Shown here: one piece after another, positions 13,011 through 25,533 of the stretch
Layout: every line of letters begins with the position of its first letter
Position numbering within the stretch: position 1 is the stretch's first letter
From: Negaprion brevirostris
Taxonomy: Eukaryota
Assembly (NCBI GenBank): GCA_030324005.1
Contig: JARDVH010000132.1
Coordinates: 122,498,172 to 122,562,171 of the forward strand
Direction of reading: 5' to 3'
DNA length: 64,000 nt
Program-made: the position numbers and the translations under genes
Notes under the pieces: model-generated
What the model was told of the DNA's origin: nothing
Seen by the model: only the letters and a program-made list of their open reading frames with translations
Database searches by the model: none

Positions 13011-13086
13011 GATGATTTTGCCCACAATCGTGAATTTATAACATTGGTAGTTTACCAGACTGGTGGAAAGAAGGTTTACTATCCAA
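13011..13086 (+). CDS. CAPN7: Calpain-7 exon, DDFAHNREFITLVVYQTGGKKVYYP
   Basis: ttacag acceptor, gtaagt donor; phase 0 to 1. Confidence 0.96.
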
Positions 13087-13909
13087 GTAAGTATGATCCT
13101 CATGGAAACGGCAGAACTGTAAGATTTTAAAGGAGCACTAGGAGGATAAAAGTGAAACCAGTGCATAAAACTTGAGGGTGTATGCGTGGGGGAGGTAGGT
13201 GTTGAGAGAAATGTAGAAAGGGGATAAATCATTCCAGAAAGTAATACAGCAGGACCAAGACTTGGGATCTCAAAGTAACTTAAAGCCAGAGCAGAAATAT
13301 TTTCAGGTTCAGTAAAGTAAACTGAATAAGGAATGTGATTTTTACGGAAGTGAGTAGACAAGAGCAGTGAATGATGGACAAGGCGAACAGGACGATGGAT
13401 TTTAGATGAGTGAAAAGGATCCCAAGGATCTTTTTTGCTTGTTGGTTGATCTCTCATGATGTCATTCCCAGAGGATCAAAGGCCAGTTGACATTTCCAGA
13501 GCAAGCCAGATTGCAAATGAATAGTGGAGGTGCAATTGGGTTTGTTTAACTTGCAGACTGTCTGCACAGTCCCCAAGCCATGGTCATTTTCAAAGACTTT
13601 GATCAGTGAGCCTGTCTCTGTTCAGAAAACAAGGTGCATATCCTGACCTCCTTGAACTTTGATCATCTTTGCCTTGCCCTGAGGGGCAATGAATAATCCT
13701 GTCTGGAGATGTGTGTTGCTGTGCTGCTGGGAGAAGCAGCCAGCAGTAACTATTCTAACCATAGATATGCTGCATAACCAGCAAGATATAATCCAGTAGT
13801 AATTCACCTGTGACCAAAAGGCTTCAATTTTGCTACAGTTAAATAGATCCATCAAATGAAACATTTCCATTGTGCCTGAACAGCACAGTCCCACATTATC
13901 TTGCCAACT

Positions 13910-14100
13910 CAACAGCATGGCCAGTGCACTTAACCAGCATGTCTTTTGGACTGTGGGAGGAAACTGGAGCATCCAGAGGAAACCCACGCAGACACAGGGA
14001 GAACATGCAGACTCCACACAAACAGTGACCCAAGCTGAGAATTGAACCCGGTCCCTGGCGCTATGGCACAGCAGTGCTAATCACTGCTAACATGCTGCCC
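13910..14100 (-). mobile_element. HE1-like V-SINE (5' half)
   Basis: ggactgtgggaggaaactggagc...attgaacccggtccctggcgct...gcagtgctaa. Confidence 0.8.
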
Positions 14101-14351
14101 TAAAGTGTTTCTGCATTAGAGCCAGATTACCACCTATTACAATGCCCTGTATACTCCAGGCAGATATAACTGTTATTTTCTGTTTACCAAATATGGATTA
14201 TGTGTAGTGTTACTGATTTGAAGACTAAAACTATAAACGCACTCAGTTACGAGACTGTCCAAGGAAAATTCAGACCGATTCTTGAAATGCATATGCTGAA
14301 TTCTTAGCCTAGTTTGACATATTTATTTTCAAATCTTCTGTTTAATTGTAG

Positions 14352-14497
14352 GTGATCCTGCACCATACATTGATGGAATTCGAATAAACAGTCCTCATTA
14401 CCTGACAAAGATCAAGTTGACCTCACCAGGGACACACACGTTTACTTTAGTGGTGTCTCAATATGAGAAGCAGAACACCATCCATTACACGCTCAGG
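14352..14497 (+). CDS. CAPN7: Calpain-7 exon, DPAPYIDGIRINSPHYLTKIKLTSPGTHTFTLVVSQYEKQNTIHYTLR
   Basis: ttgtag acceptor, gtatgt donor; phase 1 to 0. Confidence 0.97.
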
Positions 14498-14939
14498 GTA
14501 TGTAGGGTATTGCATCACTTTTGCTTTCTCATAGCTTTAATCTTCAATTAGTAACAATTATTTCATTCAAATTTTATACCCTAGCCATAATGTTCAGACT
14601 GGCTTCCACCCAAGTCGCTGCACTTCAAAGCAGCTTGTATGAAATTATTTTCAGAGTTCCTAAAAGACAAGTTGAAGTCCTAAACAATGCAATTTCTTCC
14701 TACCTTCCTGCCTAACAGTTTGGTTGTTTGGCCCCTACTGTATAGCTGACTGACCCTAGGACCTGGTCGGGACTGAGTTGAGTCAAAAGTGGAAGTATGA
14801 GAGCTGTACACTGGGTCAGTGCAATCTGATAGATATTGTTGGGCAGAGGGATNNNNNNNNNNAATGCCCATAACTTGAAAGGCTGGAGATAAGAGGCAGG
14901 AAACCAAGAAAAGAATACTTGTGTATTTGTGGCAACATT

Positions 14940-15310
14940 GATGACCTCAAGACTTCCCAAGGTGCTTTACAGCCAATTAGGTACTTTGAAGTGTAGTCAC
15001 TGTTGTGATGTATCAAGCACAGCACCCAATTAGAAAACAGCAATGCGATAATGATCAGATAATCTGTTTGTGAGATATTGGTTAAGACTTCGGAGTAAAT
15101 TCCCTACTTTTCATAAATAGCAAAAACTTTTAAGTCCGCCTGAGTAGACGGACAGGGCCTTGGTTAAATTGTATTTAAAAGATGGCACAGCACCTTCCAA
15201 CAGTGGAGCTCTCCCTCAGCAATGCATTGAGATGTCAGCCAAGACCATATGTTGAAGTTGTGGAGTGGTACTTGAACCCACAATCTTTTGACTGAGTCAA
15301 CACTGCTATG
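14940..15310 (-). mobile_element. Deu-domain SINE
   Basis: gctttacagccaat...gtactttgaagtgtagtcactgttgt...cagataatctg...cttgaacccacaa. Confidence 0.7.
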
Positions 15311-15756
15311 CAGACACTGATAGTGTCAAAGTTGTTCAGAACAGCAGACAATGGACACGAGGTAACCCTGCATGTATAAAGAAAGGGGAAAGCTGTGTGT
15401 GGATGAAAGGGTTGCTTGTTAAGCAAGTTGGATAGCTCACTCCCATTCACCGTCAGGACTCGCGTGTCAATAATGTAAGGTCCCAGGCTGGATCTAACAG
15501 GGATTCCGTACTTTCCAGAGAGAAGGGAATCAAAATGAGGAAAAAATATAATTAAAGAAGTGACTAAAGGTGAAAAAGTGCTGCTGAGTTGTTTCCTTAA
15601 GTTATAGGTTGACGGTTATCTCTGGTATATTGAGTACCTCATTCAGATGTGGAGTAGCTTTCTTTCTCTTGACTCTGATCTCCAGGCACCAATTAGCAGG
15701 ATGTACATAGAAATAATGTTGATAATTCATTAGACTTGTTTTTTTTTCTCTGACAG

Positions 15757-15819
15757 GTTTATGCCATGTGCAAGTTCACATTTGCAAAGATCCCATTTCC
15801 ATACACACACTATAAGAGG
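15757..15819 (+). CDS. CAPN7: Calpain-7 exon, VYAMCKFTFAKIPFPYTHYKR
   Basis: Long T tract plus gacag acceptor, gtgagt donor; 63 nt. Confidence 0.94.
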
Positions 15820-17290
15820 GTGAGTGTTTCTGGTTCACAGATATCAAATTTAAAATTGTATGTGTACCTGTCAATATTTTCATGTGGTTGTGGAAACTAG
15901 GAGTAAAGTGTTGATGTTTTTTAAATGCACTGTGGTCTGGAATGAGTGAGATAGGTGTCAATAAATCTTCAATCAATTAAAAGAAACCTGAGGCAGAGAA
16001 ACCACATCTGGCAGCCTAACCCAAAGTCACCAATCTAACTCAATACAACCTGGTACTCAATCTTCAACCCTCTGAAGGATCCCATGAATTCATTGCCTGC
16101 AACTAGGTGCAGTGTGCCTCCCTAAACAGTGACAAATCTTTCCCATTTGTTCTTATTCCATTAGATAACACTTTCCTTCAAAGTTGCTGAATAGCTTCTG
16201 CTAAGTCAGTCAAAACAGTTTGAAATTCTCAAAAGGGAATAGAGAACAATGTTGTCCATGATTAAAATGAGAATCTTTTTGTGATTCTGTGAAAACACTT
16301 AAATTTCATCGCCTCCCCCCCCCCCCACCCCCCACCATTGTTTTGGGTGTAATGCTTTGTTCAAATACACCTATTCTTATTAATTTTATAAAAGGCAGCA
16401 TATAATTCTTAGTAAATAACCATCATTATCACATTATCATCTTGACTCTGTGCTATGGATGAGTTTGCTAGCCTGATTGCATTTACTGCAGTGGAAGTTG
16501 CACTTGGCAATCATAATATTAGGAATTCACAGTCTAATCTAATTGCCCCTAAATTTCTTGGGGGAAATGTTTTGTGACTTTATCCTCAGAATAACATCCC
16601 TTAAATGCTGCATATCCCAAGTGTGTTTACAGTACAACTGAAATGTCAAATATAATTCTGTTGGTTATAATAAATGGTAATCACCTTGAATCACCGTAAG
16701 ACTGTGATTTTTCACTAATTGGGCACACCCCATTCTGGAATTATGGAAGAATAAGAGGAAGCAGCTACTTCCAATAGCACAAAAGACCACAGAGAAGATT
16801 TAGATCGAAAAGCAGGAGAAACTTTTCACAAGAAACTGAGGCTATGGAGTTTACTTTACAGGGTTGGCGTTTGAGGCAAAAATTATGTCAACATTCAAGA
16901 TTAGATTGTATAGGTGGATGATGTAAAATGGAATGAAGGGATATGGTAACAGGGTGAGTAAACGTGATTAGGACTATTAACTTAGGTAGAGAGTAAATGC
17001 CAACAATTGATGCAAGGCTCTGTAGTATTTCCATACTTCTGTAATCCAGACTGCGACGTCACATGCTACCATTGCACATGGTTCATTGCTGATATTTAAG
17101 TAATTTCAGGTGATATTTCTATCTGTCCACTCTGTCCTGCAGTCTAAAATGGAAGACTAGCGGACTATCAGAGAGGAATACAGTTTTGTTGAATTGATTT
17201 TCATTACCTGTGACAAGAATGGCAAAAACTGAAATGTATTTCTATGAAATGCAATACCATAAACTTTTGCTGTGTGTGTGATCATGCCAG

Positions 17291-17421
17291 GTAAATGGTC
17301 AGTGGAAAGGTCAGACTGCAGGAGGATGTGGAAATTACAGAGATAGCTACAAGAAGAATCCTGTGTATCAGATCACCGTTGACAAAATCGGGCCATTACT
17401 GATGGAACTGCGTGGGCCCAG
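17291..17421 (+). CDS. CAPN7: Calpain-7 exon, VNGQWKGQTAGGCGNYRDSYKKNPVYQITVDKIGPLLMELRGP(R)
   Basis: gccag acceptor, gtcggt donor; calpain beta-sandwich GxW..AGGC..NP motif. Confidence 0.96.
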
Positions 17422-17965
17422 GTCGGTCAAGAATAAAAATTACCTTTGGTTCAGGAATAATGGTGTTTGATTTCCTTGTTTAGTTTAGATCACATTAGGG
17501 GCTGATCCTTTTTGATATCTTTATAAAAGATCAGAATGCTCTACTTTTATTTTCAAGGTTAAAAATATGAAATATTATTATATCCTACATACAAATTACA
17601 GCCGAGAGATGGACCATTTAGAGCAACTGATCTATACAAGGCTCCTTCCACACGACTTTGTGTACTCTATCAGCATATCCTTCTATCCCTTTCTTCATGA
17701 CATACTTACCAAGCATTCCCTCACGCCCAACCACCTGAATATCCTCTCAATCTGACCAGACAGCCTGTCTGCTCACCTACCCGTTCTGCCCACTTACTCA
17801 TCCATTCACTAATATTCAAATATTGGACTTTTAAACTTGCCATGCAGGAACTAGTACTGTAAAAAGAGGACATGTCCTGTATTGTCCTTCTCTACTCCAT
17901 TCTGACAGAGTTCCCTGAGGGACATCACTTCACGTTTCTGTGACAGCCAGGATCACTGATTCACT

Positions 17966-18140
17966 GGGGTGGCACAGTGGTTAGCACTGCTGCCTCACAG
18001 TGCAGGGTCCCAGGTTCAATTCTGGTCTTGGGTCACAGTTTGTGTGGAGTTTACACGTTCTCCACAGAGTGGGATTGTGGTTGGTGCAGACTCAGTGGGC
18101 CAAATAGCCTCCTTTTGCACTGGAGGGATTCTGTGATTCT
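17966..18140 (+). mobile_element. Internally deleted HE1-like SINE
   Basis: tRNA-like head joined directly to the CR1-like tail. Confidence 0.75.
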
Positions 18141-19084
18141 AGAAGAAATGCACAGCAGTCGAGTTGGGGGAACCTTTGAGTGCGGCAGCAATCGTTCCTC
18201 ATTGCCACCACTGTTTGGAAGCGTCAAGCCATTGTCTCTAACTTATCAAACTTCTTCATAATTTTAAGGATCACTTGTCCTTCAGTGTTTTCTTTTCTAG
18301 AGAAAAGATCCCCATACAAAGAACAAAATCAGCCCGGGAAACAGGCCGATTCAATCTTTGTGNNNNNNNNNNTGTGATATTTGGCTGTGTAAAAATAAAT
18401 TTAGAACTTTTTTCACTATCCATGCACCTTTTCAGAGAAAATTATTTGCTGTTACAAAGCTTAGTAAATTCTCATCACCAAATATTTCCTGGCTGCACTT
18501 TTAAATCTTGTGACTTAAGCATATGGGAAACACTTGGAGGTGTGACTATTCTTGTTATCCTCAGTTTGTCATCTCCTTGCTGTCTATAAACCTCTTCAAA
18601 ACGCTAATACCTCTTTAATTATATTCCATTATTTATTCCTTGAAATTAAAGTTAGGAGAGGAGCATGTCCCATCAGGTACACGGGTGTCCTCATGCTATG
18701 TAGCTGCAGTTTGGGAAGTTGACGTGGTATTCTCAACATGCAAGACTTTGTGCATTCTAGCTATGTGACAAGATCAAAATTGATGAGGATGGCCATTTGG
18801 CCTATCTTACTGAATCCAGGAAGACCCTATGGTCTCCCACTGCTCTAGTCTGTCAAATTATTTATTTTGCTGCTGTATCTGGGAATCCATTCAAAGTGGT
18901 GACTCTTGTCAACATCAGTCTTAAAATTGCACTTTACCAAATTTGTTCCAATGCCTTGCTCCCACAGTTGAATTCATCCTAGCTTAACCTTTTTTATTCC
19001 ATTTACTATCTTATATTCCTCCATGGCCCTAATGTCATATATTGGGAAACATTTTTTTCAAACTGTTTTTAAATTCCACCATAA

Positions 19085-19390
19085 AATCATGCAATTATAA
19101 TGCAAAAGGAGGCCATTCAGCCCATTGAGTCTGCACTGGCTTATCCAGGCCCACTGCCACCCTATCCCCCTAACCCCATGCATTTACTCCACTAATCACC
19201 CTAAGGGATACAAAGGGGCAATTTAGCAATCCACCTAACCTGCACATCTTTGAACTGTGGGAGGAAACTGGAGCACCCAGAGGAAAGCCACACAAACACA
19301 GAGTTCAAAATCCACACCATCACCCAAGGCTGGAATTGAACCTGGGTCCCTGGCGCTGAGGAAGCTTTGCTAACCACTGTACCACCATGC
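19085..19390 (-). mobile_element. HE1-like V-SINE
   Basis: Near full-length reverse-complement match to the other copies. Confidence 0.85.
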
Positions 19391-20025
19391 CATTTCCCTC
19401 TACTCATGTTTGTGGAAGCTCCTCCCTCCTTCCCAATCCCAAGTAGTAGTGGCAAGTTGAGGGACTTACCATGTGATAACAGCAACTTACATTTATATTG
19501 CATCTTTAAAATAGTAAAATATTCCACCGTGCTTTATCAGAGCATTATTAGAATATATGACATTGAACCGCAGAATATTGTAACAGTTGACTAAAAGCAT
19601 GATTGAAGGTAGGTTTTAAGGTACATCTTAGTAGAAGAGGGCAAAGTGGAGAGTCAGAGATTGAGAGAAGGAATTGCAGAGTTGGGGCTCAGCAAACAAA
19701 ATACAAAGCTGGCAGTAATGGGATAAAGAAAGTGATAGATAGACAAAAAGCTGTAATTGGAGGAATTGGGAGTTTGCGGAGGATCTTGTAGGGTTAAAGG
19801 AGTTTATAGTGATACAACGAGATGGGGCAATGGAGGCACTTGAAACAAGCATGAGAATTTTGTGTTGGTGAACCAGGAGTCAAACATAAGGGCGTGGATG
19901 AATCAGACTTGGTGTGAGTTAGGATATGCACTCTAATGGTGCACTGCATCAGGAACCAACTAAAATTACTATAATCATAATGCATTATTTTCTTGATTTA
20001 TTTACCCACATTCCCTCTCTTACAG

Positions 20026-20109
20026 GCAATATAGCGTTGGATTTGAAATGGTGATGGTCTCAACAGCAGGAGACACTGAATTCCAGAAAAAGCCCAGTGG
20101 AGATTACAG
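20026..20109 (+). CDS. CAPN7: Calpain-7 exon, QYSVGFEMVMVSTAGDTEFQKKPSGDY(R)
   Basis: ctctcttacag acceptor, gtattg donor; phase 2 to 2. Confidence 0.95.
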
Positions 20110-20679
20110 GTATTGTTTTTACTTTATTTGCATCATCTCATTGATGGAATCTGTCTTCCTTGATGCTACAAATGTGTTTTAAGAAGAGTGCTTTTTTAAA
20201 AATTTTGTGGCTGTTGCTTTCTGTTGTGCCAGCTCCATGTGGTCTTGTTCTGCCCTCCCTTGCCAAAAACCACAGGTCTACCTGCCTCCATTCTCCTAAC
20301 ACCAGTGAACTCTGGCTCCCTGTCTACACCAGCATTAGCCAATTTAGTCAGCCTTTGAAGTTAGCCTACAAGCCAGTCGCTTCATTAAAGTTTTTTTTTG
20401 ATGTTGCTCCATTTTGCTCAGTAGACAGGCCAGTAACTTGCTCTGACACATGTCTCTATATGTCAGGAGCACTGTTGCAGCCTTGTATAAAATGTCTGTT
20501 TTTTGTCATCTTTGAGATCTTAAACAGCAGAGAAACCTGTAGAAGTGAACAAATAAAAACATCCAGCAGATTTTCGACATGAGAAACATGTCCACTTATT
20601 TTTTCCCCTCCTATTTGAAGTTTGTCCTTCAACTCAGTTGGAGCATTCTCATCCAAGTTGTGGCTTCAACCCCACTACT

Positions 20680-21015
20680 GAGATTTGAACCTGTAATCCA
20701 GGTTGGCAGTCCCATTGCAGTACTGAGTGAGCCACAGAGTTGCATTTGCCGTCCCCAGTTGTCTCGTCATTTTTAAAGATTGTATAGTGGTGTTTTTTTA
20801 ATGAAGCGCATGGAAGTTGTATCTGGTGTTCTGGTCAATATTTATCCCTCAACATCCCAAAAACAGATTAATTGGGCATTATCATTTGTGGGATTTTTGC
20901 ATGCGAATTGACCTTCATGTTTTCTATATTACAACAGTGCCTACGCTGCAAAAGTATGTGCACTGGGATGTCATGTGGTCATAACAGTGCTACATAAATT
21001 CAAGTCTTTTTTCTC
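20680..21015 (+). mobile_element. Deu-domain SINE
   Basis: ggtcaatatttatccctcaac...aaaacagatta...acaacagtg...ataaattcaagtcttt. Confidence 0.65.
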
Positions 21016-21024
21016 TCGTGATCA

Positions 21025-21350
21025 CCAGTTTGTATCGTCTTCCAGCTTCTCCCATTTGTACTCGGAGTCACCAAGATGCTGATAATTTCGACTTCTCCAT
21101 CTCCTCCCGTCGGCCAACCATTCTTCTTCCAATCCCATTGCGTTGATGTCTCTCGCTGCCACATCTTTCCATCTGGTCTTGAGCCTTTCTCCTCCTCCTC
21201 CTCTTTCTGGCTGTCCCATCTCCATCACTCACCTTATCACATTTTCTCTTTCATCCCAACAGATGACCATACCATTTCCTCTTGGCTACTTTCTTCCATA
21301 ATCTTCACTGACCTCCTGATGTGCTGGTACTTGATTTGTACATTGTGTTT
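21025..21350 (-). mobile_element. RTE-clade LINE 3' fragment
   Basis: Minus-strand peptide LKTRWKDVAARDINAMGLEEEWLADGRRWRSR resembles the RTE ORF C-terminus. Confidence 0.6.
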
Positions 21351-21405
21351 GACCTGATTATACATGGACATTTAGCAGTTAATGTGTGCATTTCTTCTGT
21401 TGCAG

Positions 21406-21550
21406 ATGTGGATTCTGCTATTTGGAAGTTGAGCGGGTCCCTACAGGAGTTTACAATATCATCCCTACAACCTTCCTCCCTGGTCAGGAAAGCCCTTTCT
21501 TCTTAGATTTCCACAGTGTCATCCCACTCAAGATCACTCAATTACAGTGA
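21406..21550 (+). CDS. CAPN7: Calpain-7 terminal coding exon, CGFCYLEVERVPTGVYNIIPTTFLPGQESPFFLDFHSVIPLKITQLQ*
   Basis: ttctgttgcag acceptor; TGA at 21548-21550; KITQLQ C-terminus as recalled for CAPN7. Confidence 0.97.
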
Positions 21551-22300
21551 ACCAAGGAACTGTAATGACATCTTTAATCTTCAATCATGTACTTACCTGT
21601 TAAGGTACCTTTTTAAAAAGGGGACATTTTCTCAGGCACCAGCTCAAATTTATTCATTGTAGAGGATTTATTTGAGAGACTGCAAGGTGCTAACTGGTGG
21701 ATAAGGTATACTTCCACTGCAGTTTACCCATTAAGCAAAGTCACATCTATAAGGAAGGAACTTGTATAATCTTTACAGAAGTAAATAATGTGCATATTTT
21801 GAATATAAACTATAGCTGGGAGTCTTAATTTGTGGCTGTTTGTCTTCAGCATTGCAATCAGTTAACTAAATTCAGGCTAGAATTAGATTGGAGTATTTTC
21901 ACAAGTGCTCAGTTGCAAATGTGTTGCCGACCTTTCGCGTGATGACACAGGAGTGGAAATGTTTTTCGAACATTTTTAATCTGTAAAAAAAAAAAGCAGC
22001 TGTCGATGTTTACTGGATTAACTCTGCAACTTAGGGACATGTGCAATGTATAATATAAAGACCAGTCAATATTTGTAATCATAAATCAAATTTTTTAAAG
22101 GGTGGATATTTATCTTTTAATTCTTAATTAANNNNNNNNNNCAGCTGTATGTATTTCTATTACAGATTATATATTTTTTATTTTTTTTAGTATCTCACAT
22201 GCATAAGGATTAAAATTATGCATCCACACACTGGTTGTGGGAAAGCTGAATTTTCATTAAGATACTAAACCACTTTTATTTCAAGACAGGAAACTTAGGA
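21551..22300 (+). other. CAPN7: Probable CAPN7 3' UTR (end uncertain)
   Basis: AT-rich repeat-free sequence after the stop; ATTAAA at 22209-22214 is a possible poly(A) signal. Confidence 0.5.
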
Positions 22301-22849
22301 CCTCATCTATTCAAGTATGTGTGACATCTTGGATTTTTAAAATAATGTTTCTAATCATTCATGTGCTTTTGTGTAAAGGTTATAGAGTTCAGGAGTTAAT
22401 TGGCCAGTTCAGTCCATGTTGTCTTGTAATGATTGGGACTCTTTTTCCTACAGCTCAACTGCAGACACTCAAACCCAGACATGCTGACTCCATACTCTGA
22501 GCCTATTTTCCTCCCCCAAGAAATATATGATCCATTCACAGCCTCAGGACATTCCAAAACACTAGGAGTAATCACTGTTTTAATGTATGGAATGCTGCTG
22601 CCAATTTGCACACAGTAAGCTCTCTCAACCAGAAATGTGATTAAATACAGATTATCTGGTGGGGGAAACTCCTCTACCTTAGCACCACCAAATCTTTTAA
22701 GTCTACCTCAAAGGGTAGGCAAGAATTTGATTTGACCATTTAGCAGCATTCCCTCTACTGCACAGGTGATAAATCTACCTTCTGAGTTCAAAACCACAGC
22801 ATGGAAACTGAATTGTGTCAGCCTATTAAATAGTTCTCACTGCAGAATC

Positions 22850-23830
22850 AAATGTCTATGATTATTTACACTAAACAGTCAACATGGTTTAGTGGATGGG
22901 GAATCATGGTTAACCCATTTATTGGAGTTCTTTGAAGTAATCACATGGATCTGATAAAAGGGAACTGGTGGATTTCTAGATAAGTGCCACATCAAAAGTT
23001 ATTGCAGAAAATAAAAACTTGTGTAGGGTGCAATATATTGGCATGGATGCACAATTGGCAATCTAACAGGAAACTGGGTAGCCCCAAATGGGTCTATTGG
23101 TGGTTGCCAAGATTTAATGAGTGGTATGTCACAGGAATCAGTACTTTAACCCCTACTTTTTTTTTAAACAGTTTATATAAACAATTTGATAAAGGGATCA
23201 AAAGTATGGTTGCTAAGTTTGCTGACAATATCAAGATAGGCAGGAAAATTGTGAAGAGGACATATGGAGCTGAAAAGTGGCATAGATGAGGGAGTGGGCA
23301 AATGTAAAATTGTTCATTTTGATAGCAAAAGCATGTCCAATTAGAAATGCAGAGGGATCTAAGTGTATTGATTGCAAAAGATCAGCATGCAGTTACAACA
23401 ATTAAATAGAAAAGCTAACAATGTTAGTTTGGGAGAAGAATCGATTACACATGTTTGGAAAACTGAATTGGCTACTTGGCCAATTGAAGATTTACCAGAT
23501 GGGAACAAGGATAGATTGGATGGATATGGTTTGTATCCACTGGTGTTTGAAAGAGTAAATGGTGATTTGCACTCTGATGGATATTGACAAAGAGAAAAGA
23601 TATAATTATTGTCCCCAGGTCAGTCTCCATTGCATAATTTGTCAGTTTGGTCAAGGTTGCTGGTTTGAGACCACCCAAGTATGGAAACTTTGGCAGTGCT
23701 GTTTGCTCCCATCAACATTCAATGTGGTATTAGAAATCGATAAGTATTTCCCAAGATCAAGTTCCAATCAGATCAGCCATGATCTTATTAAATGGCAGAG
23801 CAGGCTCAGGTGGCTTACTTGGAACTCTGC
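22850..23830 (+). mobile_element. Decayed CR1 LINE between the two genes
   Basis: VPHQKLLQKI, KFADNIKIG (RT motif), tail cagccatgatcttattaaatggcagagcaggctc. Confidence 0.8.
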
Positions 23831-24139
23831 CACCACAGTGTTGTTTAGTCAGAAAGAGTGTTTTCTCACATTAAACCTAGCGTGCAGAATGTGCAATATT
23901 TAAATCAAGATCTTCCTCAAGTCTTGAAGCATTTTGCTATTTACCTACTCTGATTAGGAATGCAAAAGATTGAGTATGATTAAAAAAACTTCAATTTCTG
24001 GACATTCTCAGGAGGTTAGGCAGCATCTTTGAGGGAGAAAAACAACATCTGTCAGAACAAACATCGACTTGAACCATAAGCATTTGTAAGATGTTCATTT
24101 GTAACTAGAACTGGCTTGGACTTGATGTTGTCCTTTAGA

Positions 24140-25357
24140 CAGATTGTCACTGTTGTTCAATATCATTATGTACAAGATACAAAAACACAATCACAATAAT
24201 GAGCTGTATATGTATTCATAATGTACAGACATACAAGCCAACTTCATAAATGACAATCTATAAAATAGTTAAATGCATCATAGACAACTCAATATTACAA
24301 TAACAAATGTACAAAATGTAACACTGAAAACAAGGTCTAAATCTACAACATGTGATTGATAATGTTTAAAACATAAGGCATGCAGGCTTTGCCATTGTTC
24401 ATTTTATTTGCCTGACTTGGGTCAGAAACAGGCTTGGCAAATGAGGTTGTGTATTTCCTGTGCTAAGCTACAGGAACTGGTTTGATGATTTGGGTTTCCA
24501 CCGTACTCCCCCTGTTCAGGGCACTATTCATGGCCTGCACAGGTCAAAAATGCACAGCAGTAAAACCTGTCCATTCATGTAGTGCATTTGGATTAGCACA
24601 AACAGGTCTATAAAAAAGGAAAAAAAAAGTGAAAATTCTTCCACCTCAAGGGAACATCCCACTTCCTAGCAAAGGCTGGCTGCACATTTCCCCATATCTG
24701 TTTCCTTCTGTGTATCAGAAGGACGTGAAGGAAAAGGGATGGAGTCCAACTGTGCCAGCTACTAAACTGTGTTGTTTCACTAATAATAACACTGAGCACA
24801 GGAAGTGAAGGACCTTCTGCAATTTCCTTTGTCTTTTTTTGTTGTTGTAAGTCCTTCCAAATAACAGGAAACACAGGTTCTTAAGCCTGCCACAAAGGGA
24901 TCTAACCCTCAACATACACCAGGATATGGCAGGGTCAACACTGAAGAGGACATGATGAAGTAGTGCACATGGATACAGCACAAAGTACAAGTGGAGCAAA
25001 GCAGGACTTGCTGCTAATCGGAGCTCCATCTTTGCCACATGTAAGCAGGTCATCAGTTGGGGAACAAAGCAGACAAGGATCTTACTTCATATCCAGTTGA
25101 ACAACACAAAATTGGTTACTGCTACTTTGCCTCCAGTCTGAAATTAGACTGCTAACTAGACTTTGCAGATATCCCATTAATTTTCAACCCAGAACTACTG
25201 TAGTTTCTTTTTCCCAGACAGGAAAACCAGCCACTCCTTAGGGAAGCCTTTCGGCACAGCAGTTAGACAGCAATTAAAAGGCCAAGACAGTGTCTGCGAG
25301 TGAATAAGTCAGTGACGCAATGTTTCCTGGCACATTGAGGATGCCGCTTCACAATAT
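24140..25357 (-). other. SH3BP5: Probable SH3BP5 3' UTR (end uncertain)
   Basis: Repeat-free sequence after the stop; minus-strand AATAAA at 24403-24408 and TGTACATA at 24167-24174. Confidence 0.5.
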
Positions 25358-25533
25358 TTAACAGGTTGGTGATTGAGCCAATTCACAGAATTCTATTTCG
25401 GAAATTTTCTTCTCCTTTGGCTCTGTGCACTTGTCTGAAATTTGAGTTACTTTGATCTCCAGGGTTGCTTCATCAACGGACTGCTGGGTAATCAGTTTGT
25501 CCTTTTCATGTTCAACACCTTCAGCCTTGTCCC
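25358..25533 (-). CDS. SH3BP5: SH3BP5 terminal coding exon, (G)DKAEGVEHEKDKLITQQSVDEATLEIKVTQISDKCTEPKEKKISEIEFCELAQSPTC*
   Basis: tttggacag acceptor, phase 1; start resembles recalled human GDRAEGAENK; ends in TAA. Confidence 0.88.

Noticed and set aside
13005-13457. 150-aa minus-strand ORF
   Set aside because: Antisense to a CAPN7 exon and intron; no recognisable domain.
20160-20582. 140-aa plus-strand ORF with a hydrophobic N-terminus
   Set aside because: Lies in the last CAPN7 intron; the CAPN7 model is complete without it and no family is recognisable.
21938-21975. GTGATGA resembling a snoRNA C box
   Set aside because: In a 3' UTR, with no matching D box or terminal stem.
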